Shown here: one piece after another, positions 59,924 through 64,000 of the stretch | Position numbering within the stretch: position 1 is the stretch's first letter | How the letters are laid out: the number at the start of each line of letters is the position of its first letter | Assembly (NCBI GenBank): GCA_001897535.1 | Contig: MKTC01000013.1 | Coordinates: 90,519 to 154,518, forward strand | Direction of reading: 5' to 3' | DNA: 64,000 nucleotides | DNA from: Bacteroidetes bacterium 37-13 | GTDB taxonomy: Bacteria > Bacteroidota > Bacteroidia > Chitinophagales > LD1 | The notes under the pieces: generated by a model | The model's database searches: none | What the model was told of the DNA's origin: nothing | Seen by the model: only the letters and a program-made list of their open reading frames with translations | Made by a program: the position numbers and the translations under genes

Positions 59924-59943
59924 ACTTTTGTGTGTCATAGTCG

Positions 59944-59978
59944 GAGCCGGAATTCCAGAAATGGGTTCCGGTTTTTTT
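59944..59978 (+). terminator. probable rho-independent terminator after ftsZ
   Basis: Stem ccggaa / ttccgg (extendable with G-U pairs), a 13-nt loop, then a T7 run. Confidence 0.5.
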
Positions 59979-60002
59979 ATTCCCTCAATTTCCCAAAATA
60001 AT

Positions 60003-60095
60003 ACCGATTATATATCCGTAATAGACCAATTGCATTGCTCTAAACGGCTATTATATCGGCATTGTAATAGAAAAGATAAACTAAAGATAGTATAA
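60003..60095 (+). repeat. ~100-bp upstream element, copy B (partner at 46251-46355)
   Basis: accgattatatatccgtaatagaccaattgcattgctctaaacggctattatatcgg..., ending 3 nt before the proC ATG. It has the same orientation relative to its downstream gene as copy A. Confidence 0.85.
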
Positions 60096-60098
60096 AAT

Positions 60099-60899
60099 AT
60101 GCGTGTACTTGTAATCGGTGTTGGCAATATGGGTTCCACCTATGTTCGCTGTTTGCTCAATTCTCATTTCACTTCTTCGGAGCAGTTGTTTTTGTTCGAT
60201 AAAAAAGCACTGCCTTCGCAAGCAATTAAACATGTTTCGCCACAAAATGTGCTCACGGAGCCAAGCAAAGAGATTTCTACTGCCGATATAATTATGTTGG
60301 CAGTAAAGCCGCAAGATTTTGCAGAACTTTCTGCCCAAATTGCACCGTTTTTAAATAGCAATCAAATAGTGCTTTCTATTATGGCAGGCGTAAAAATTGC
60401 AGAAATTTCAAACCTGCTGAATGTGCCTAAAGTGGTTCGCGCTATGCCTAATTTGCCGGCACAAATCGGAATGGGAATGACAGTTTTTTCTTCAGCCAGC
60501 GGCTTAGATAAAAGTGAATTACTTACTATTCAAAATTTACTGAACACCACAGGCAAAACTATTTACGTTGAAAACGAAGAATTGCTGAATGTGGCAACGG
60601 CAATTTCTGGCAGCGGCCCGGCTTATGTTTTTTATTTTATGAACGAAATGATAAGCAAGGCAATGGAGCTTGGATTTAGGAAAGCAGAAGCAGAATTGAT
60701 GGTAACACAAACATTTTTAGGAGCAGTTCACCTTTTAGGAAACAATGATTTAAGCTGTTCGGAGTGGATTGCAAAAGTGGCTTCAAAAGGAGGAACTACC
60801 GAGGCTGCGCTCAAATCTTTTAGTGAAAACACGATGCATCATTCGATTTCTTCTGGTGTGCAAGCAGCTTTTAACAGAGCTGTGGAACTTGGGAAATAG
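60099..60899 (+). CDS. proC: pyrroline-5-carboxylate reductase
   Basis: Rossmann N-terminus MRVLVIGVGNMG, plus RAMPNLPA and the C-terminal SKGGTTEAAL. Confidence 0.9.
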   Translation: MRVLVIGVGNMGSTYVRCLLNSHFTSSEQLFLFDKKALPSQAIKHVSPQNVLTEPSKEISTADIIMLAVKPQDFAELSAQIAPFLNSNQIVLSIMAGVKIAEISNLLNVPKVVRAMPNLPAQIGMGMTVFSSASGLDKSELLTIQNLLNTTGKTIYVENEELLNVATAISGSGPAYVFYFMNEMISKAMELGFRKAEAELMVTQTFLGAVHLLGNNDLSCSEWIAKVASKGGTTEAALKSFSENTMHHSISSGVQAAFNRAVELGK

Positions 60900-61016
60900 A
60901 TGCTTTTTTAAGAAAAAAAATCTCCTTAGCTAAAATTATATGTAAAACTTGCTATTTGAACGTATATTCGCGCCCGATTTTCAGAATTCCGTAAAATTCT
61001 TTTTCAAAAAAATATT

Positions 61017-62066
61017 ATGAAACTATCTTCTTTTAATTTCAACTTGCCAAAAGACGCAATTGCAGAATATCCTTCAAAAAACCGTGACGAAAGCCGCTTG
61101 ATGGTGGTAAACCGCCAAACCGGAAAGATTGAACACAAAGTGTTTAAAGATTTATTGAAATATTTTGGTGAAGATGATGTGATGATTTTAAACAACACAA
61201 AAGTTTTCCCTGCGCGTTTATTTGGTTTAAAAGAAAAAACAGGCGCTAAAATTGAAGTGTTTTTGTTGCGTGAATTAAATCGCGAAGCGCTTTTGTGGGA
61301 CGTTTTGGTAGATCCGGCTCGCAAAATAAGAGTAGGAAATAAACTTTACTTTGGAGAAAACGATGAATTGATTGCAGAAGTTGTAGATAACACTACTTCG
61401 CGCGGAAGAACCATTCGTTTTTTGTTTGATGGACCTTACGAGAAATTTAAAAAAATACTTTATGGAATGGGCGAAACACCACTTCCTAAATATATAAAGC
61501 GCAAAGCCGAACCGCTTGATGAAGAGCGCTATCAAACAGTTTTTGCGAAAAATGAAGGCTCGGTGGCAGCACCAACAGCTGGTTTACACTTTAGCCGTGA
61601 GTTGCTGAAAAAACTTGAAATTAAAGGTGTGAACTTTGCTGAAGTTACGCTACACATTGGTTTAGGAACTTTTCGCACTATTGATGTGGAAGATCTTTCT
61701 AAACACAAAATGGATGCCGAGCAAATTGAAATTTCAGAAAAATCGGTGAAGATTGTAAACGAAGCTAAGGTTGCGGGAAAGAGAATTTGTGCCGTAGGAA
61801 CAACTTCGATGCGTACCATAGAAAGTGCAATTACCAGCAACGGTATGCTAAAGCCTTACCACGGTTGGACAAACTTATTTGTGCATCCGCCTTACAATTT
61901 CCATATTGCAAATGCAATGGTTACCAATTTCCATTTACCAAAAAGTAGTTTGTTGATAATGGCAGCAGCTTTTGGTGGTTATGATTTGGTGATGAAAGCG
62001 TATGAACAAGCTATAAAAGAAAAATATAAGTTTTTCAGCTATGGCGATTCTATGCTTATTATATAA
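61017..62066 (+). CDS. queA: S-adenosylmethionine:tRNA ribosyltransferase-isomerase
   Basis: [35 protein letters not shown] and [12 protein letters not shown]. Confidence 0.95.
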   Translation: MKLSSFNFNLPKDAIAEYPSKNRDESRLMVVNRQTGKIEHKVFKDLLKYFGEDDVMILNNTKVFPARLFGLKEKTGAKIEVFLLRELNREALLWDVLVDPARKIRVGNKLYFGENDELIAEVVDNTTSRGRTIRFLFDGPYEKFKKILYGMGETPLPKYIKRKAEPLDEERYQTVFAKNEGSVAAPTAGLHFSRELLKKLEIKGVNFAEVTLHIGLGTFRTIDVEDLSKHKMDAEQIEISEKSVKIVNEAKVAGKRICAVGTTSMRTIESAITSNGMLKPYHGWTNLFVHPPYNFHIANAMVTNFHLPKSSLLIMAAAFGGYDLVMKAYEQAIKEKYKFFSYGDSMLII

Positions 62067-62080
62067 CAAGCAGACTTATT

Positions 62081-62491
62081 GTGAAGGTATATAACAAAGC
62101 TTTGTTGGCGTGTTTGCTTGTTTTTAGTGGGGCAACTACTTTGTGTGCGCAAGTAAAAGCAACAGCATTGCCCGCAAAAATATTTGTTACACTTCGCGAT
62201 TCTACCACACAAGCCGATGTGGTTTATTATTCTCCGGCTACCACCAGCCTTTCAATAGAAGGTCGGAATGTGCATTTGTTCAATTTGTTTTTAGAAAATA
62301 AAACAGCACTAGACACAATTAAAAAAGCCGATGGTTTTGTAATGTGGCTTATTGATGGAAGAGAATTTATAAAGGCAAACTTCTATTTAGGTGTTAAAGA
62401 AAGCTATTTTAAGTTTCAGAAAGATTCATTGGTTTTTATCAATAAGATTACAGAGCAAGGTGCAGCCACCTTAAAGCAGCAAAAGCATTAA
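62081..62491 (+). CDS. hypothetical secreted protein
   Basis: GTG start and signal peptide MKVYNKALLACLLVFSGATTLCAQ. 136 aa, no recognised family. Confidence 0.55.
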   Translation: MKVYNKALLACLLVFSGATTLCAQVKATALPAKIFVTLRDSTTQADVVYYSPATTSLSIEGRNVHLFNLFLENKTALDTIKKADGFVMWLIDGREFIKANFYLGVKESYFKFQKDSLVFINKITEQGAATLKQQKH

Positions 62492-62564
62492 AGTTATCAA
62501 CCCATTTTTTCAAAAAGTGTATTCATAATTCATAGCTTTTATTTGTATAATTTATTACAAAAAA

Positions 62565-62572
62565 TAATTTTG
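62565..62572 (+). promoter_or_regulatory. candidate -7 promoter box for the adhesin gene
   Basis: TAATTTTG matches TAnnTTTG 20 nt upstream of ATG 62592. A TTG lies at 62543-62545, about 20 nt further upstream. Confidence 0.3.
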
Positions 62573-62591
62573 CATACATTATTCAGTAAGC

Positions 62592-64000
62592 ATGCAGAAA
62601 ACTCTCCATTTAGCAGTCTGCGCATTAGTAGCTTTTTCTTTTGTATTTCAATCGAATTTGCTCGCGCAATGCGACCAACCTTTAGCCGTTAGCGATTTTG
62701 CTAATACTTTACAAGGCGCACCAGTTGTAATAAACGTACAAAAAAATGATACCACAACCATATTTGGGCAGCCAGTGCTGAAGCCTCTAACTACTCAAAT
62801 TGTTACACAGCCCGTTTCTACCGCAGGTACAGTATCGGTTTTAAATAATGATAGTGTTGTTTTTACGCCTGATGCAGGTTTTTTAGGAATCACAACTTTT
62901 ACTTATCGCGTTTGTAATTCATGTGGTTGTTCTAATCCGGTAACTGTAGTTGTAGTGGTTTCAAACTATTGTGGAGCGCCACTTTTGGCAGATGACAATT
63001 ATATAGTTTACAATAATTTCAACAATAAGTTAAACGTTTTAGAGAACGATTCTTTCCCAGCAAAAATTCCATTTACTATTACTACTACACAGCCCGCAAA
63101 TGGTGCAGTGAGTGTTTCGGGAAATTATTTGAACTATTTGAATAGCGGAACAAATACAGGCGTAGATTCTTTTGAATATACTGTTTGCTACACGCGTTCT
63201 CCTGGTGATACTTGCCCTGCATGTGCCACAGCTACAGTAGTTTTAAATACAATGGGAAATTGTATTGCACCAACAGCAAATGATGATAATTTGCAAACTG
63301 TTCAAGGCAAAAAAGATACGGTTCAAGTTTTGTTGAATGATGATTTGCATAGTTTCACGCTTACAGGTTTTTCTTTGGTGAAGTTGCCTGCAAATGGTTC
63401 AGCCAGTATTTTGAACAACCAAATAGTGTATCAAGCCAACGGAACTTATGCAGGTACTGATACTGTTCTGTATAGTTTTTGTACACCTTGTGGTTGCGAT
63501 ACTGCAATGTTGTTGATTAGCGTTGCTCCGGCTGTTTGCCAAAAGCCAATAGCGGTATTAGATGTTGCGCCAACAGGTTTTGGTACTTCTTGTTCATTTT
63601 CTTTCCCGGTGTTAAAGAACGACATCAATCCTTTAAACTGCGGATCACTTAAACTTACTCAAGTGGTGAGCCAGCCAGTTTCTGGAACTGCTGTTGCAGA
63701 TACGGTTTTAGGTTTGGTAACCTACACAGCAGCAGGAGTTTCTTTAGATACATTCGTTTTTATACAATATGAAGTTTGTAATAACGCAGGCTGCGATACA
63801 GCAACATTAGCACTATTTGTTGGACCTTATGAGTGTAATGCTTATGTACCAACTTTGTTTAATGACCAAGAAACAGTTTGCAACAGAGATACTGTTTATT
63901 TGAATGTGTTGAAAAATGATTACGATAGAGATTATGGTCAAAAAGTATCATTGAAAAATATTGCTGGATATGGCGCACATGGCGATGCTTATGTGGTGAG
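62592..64000 (+). CDS. large secreted tandem Ig-like/cadherin-like repeat protein (3' end outside the window)
   Basis: Absent from the track because it has no stop in the window. My own translation is open for 469 codons. Signal peptide MQKTLHLAVCALVAFSFVFQSNLLAQ. About 95-aa units each start C.(A/K)P.A..D and end F.Y.VCN.CGC(D/S). Confidence 0.8.
   Translation, partial: MQKTLHLAVCALVAFSFVFQSNLLAQCDQPLAVSDFANTLQGAPVVINVQKNDTTTIFGQPVLKPLTTQIVTQPVSTAGTVSVLNNDSVVFTPDAGFLGITTFTYRVCNSCGCSNPVTVVVVVSNYCGAPLLADDNYIVYNNFNNKLNVLENDSFPAKIPFTITTTQPANGAVSVSGNYLNYLNSGTNTGVDSFEYTVCYTRSPGDTCPACATATVVLNTMGNCIAPTANDDNLQTVQGKKDTVQVLLNDDLHSFTLTGFSLVKLPANGSASILNNQIVYQANGTYAGTDTVLYSFCTPCGCDTAMLLISVAPAVCQKPIAVLDVAPTGFGTSCSFSFPVLKNDINPLNCGSLKLTQVVSQPVSGTAVADTVLGLVTYTAAGVSLDTFVFIQYEVCNNAGCDTATLALFVGPYECNAYVPTLFNDQETVCNRDTVYLNVLKNDYDRDYGQKVSLKNIAGYGAHGDAYVV

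Overview
This is a 64-kb chromosomal segment from a low-GC member of the Bacteroidota. The phylum call rests on T9SS C-terminal sorting domains, gliding-type CTD proteins, TAnnTTTG-like -7 boxes, sigma-54 and an FtsZ with a long tail. The window is gene-dense (about 60 CDS) and mostly housekeeping: acpP-fabF, lysA, sucB, prfC, rpmH-rnpA, prs-rplY, recQ, rnc, asnS, galK, miaE, pyk, frr-pyrH, rpoN, ftsQAZ, proC and queA. Accessory content falls into three groups. First, a CHASE/PAS histidine kinase, a NarL-type regulator and a second PAS kinase sit at 10.3-15.2 kb. Second, a partial exopolysaccharide locus (AsnB-like amidotransferase, GT4, Wza, Wzc, WecA-like) sits at 20.3-27.8 kb. Third, there are several secreted/T9SS proteins: an S8 peptidase, two CTD proteins and a tandem Ig-like adhesin that runs off the 3' end. 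I found no rRNA, tRNA, CRISPR array, transposase, integrase or recognisable defence or toxin genes. I cannot honestly point to a convincing novel multi-gene system. What the gene list does not explain is mostly non-coding. (i) A 109-bp highly palindromic repeat occurs as two direct copies bracketing a one-gene 1.3-kb cassette (18.4-19.9 kb), and diverged copies at 42.2 kb show paired stem substitutions. (ii) A second, unrelated ~100-bp element sits immediately upstream of two unrelated outward-facing genes 13.7 kb apart (46.3 and 60.0 kb). (iii) A transglutaminase-like lipoprotein gene is split by a single in-frame TAG. (iv) Smaller oddities include a perfect (YG)9 tail on the Wzc kinase, an rnpA with no canonical start outside rpmH, and a helical insertion in AsnRS. 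All functional calls come from motif recognition by eye; no database search was run.
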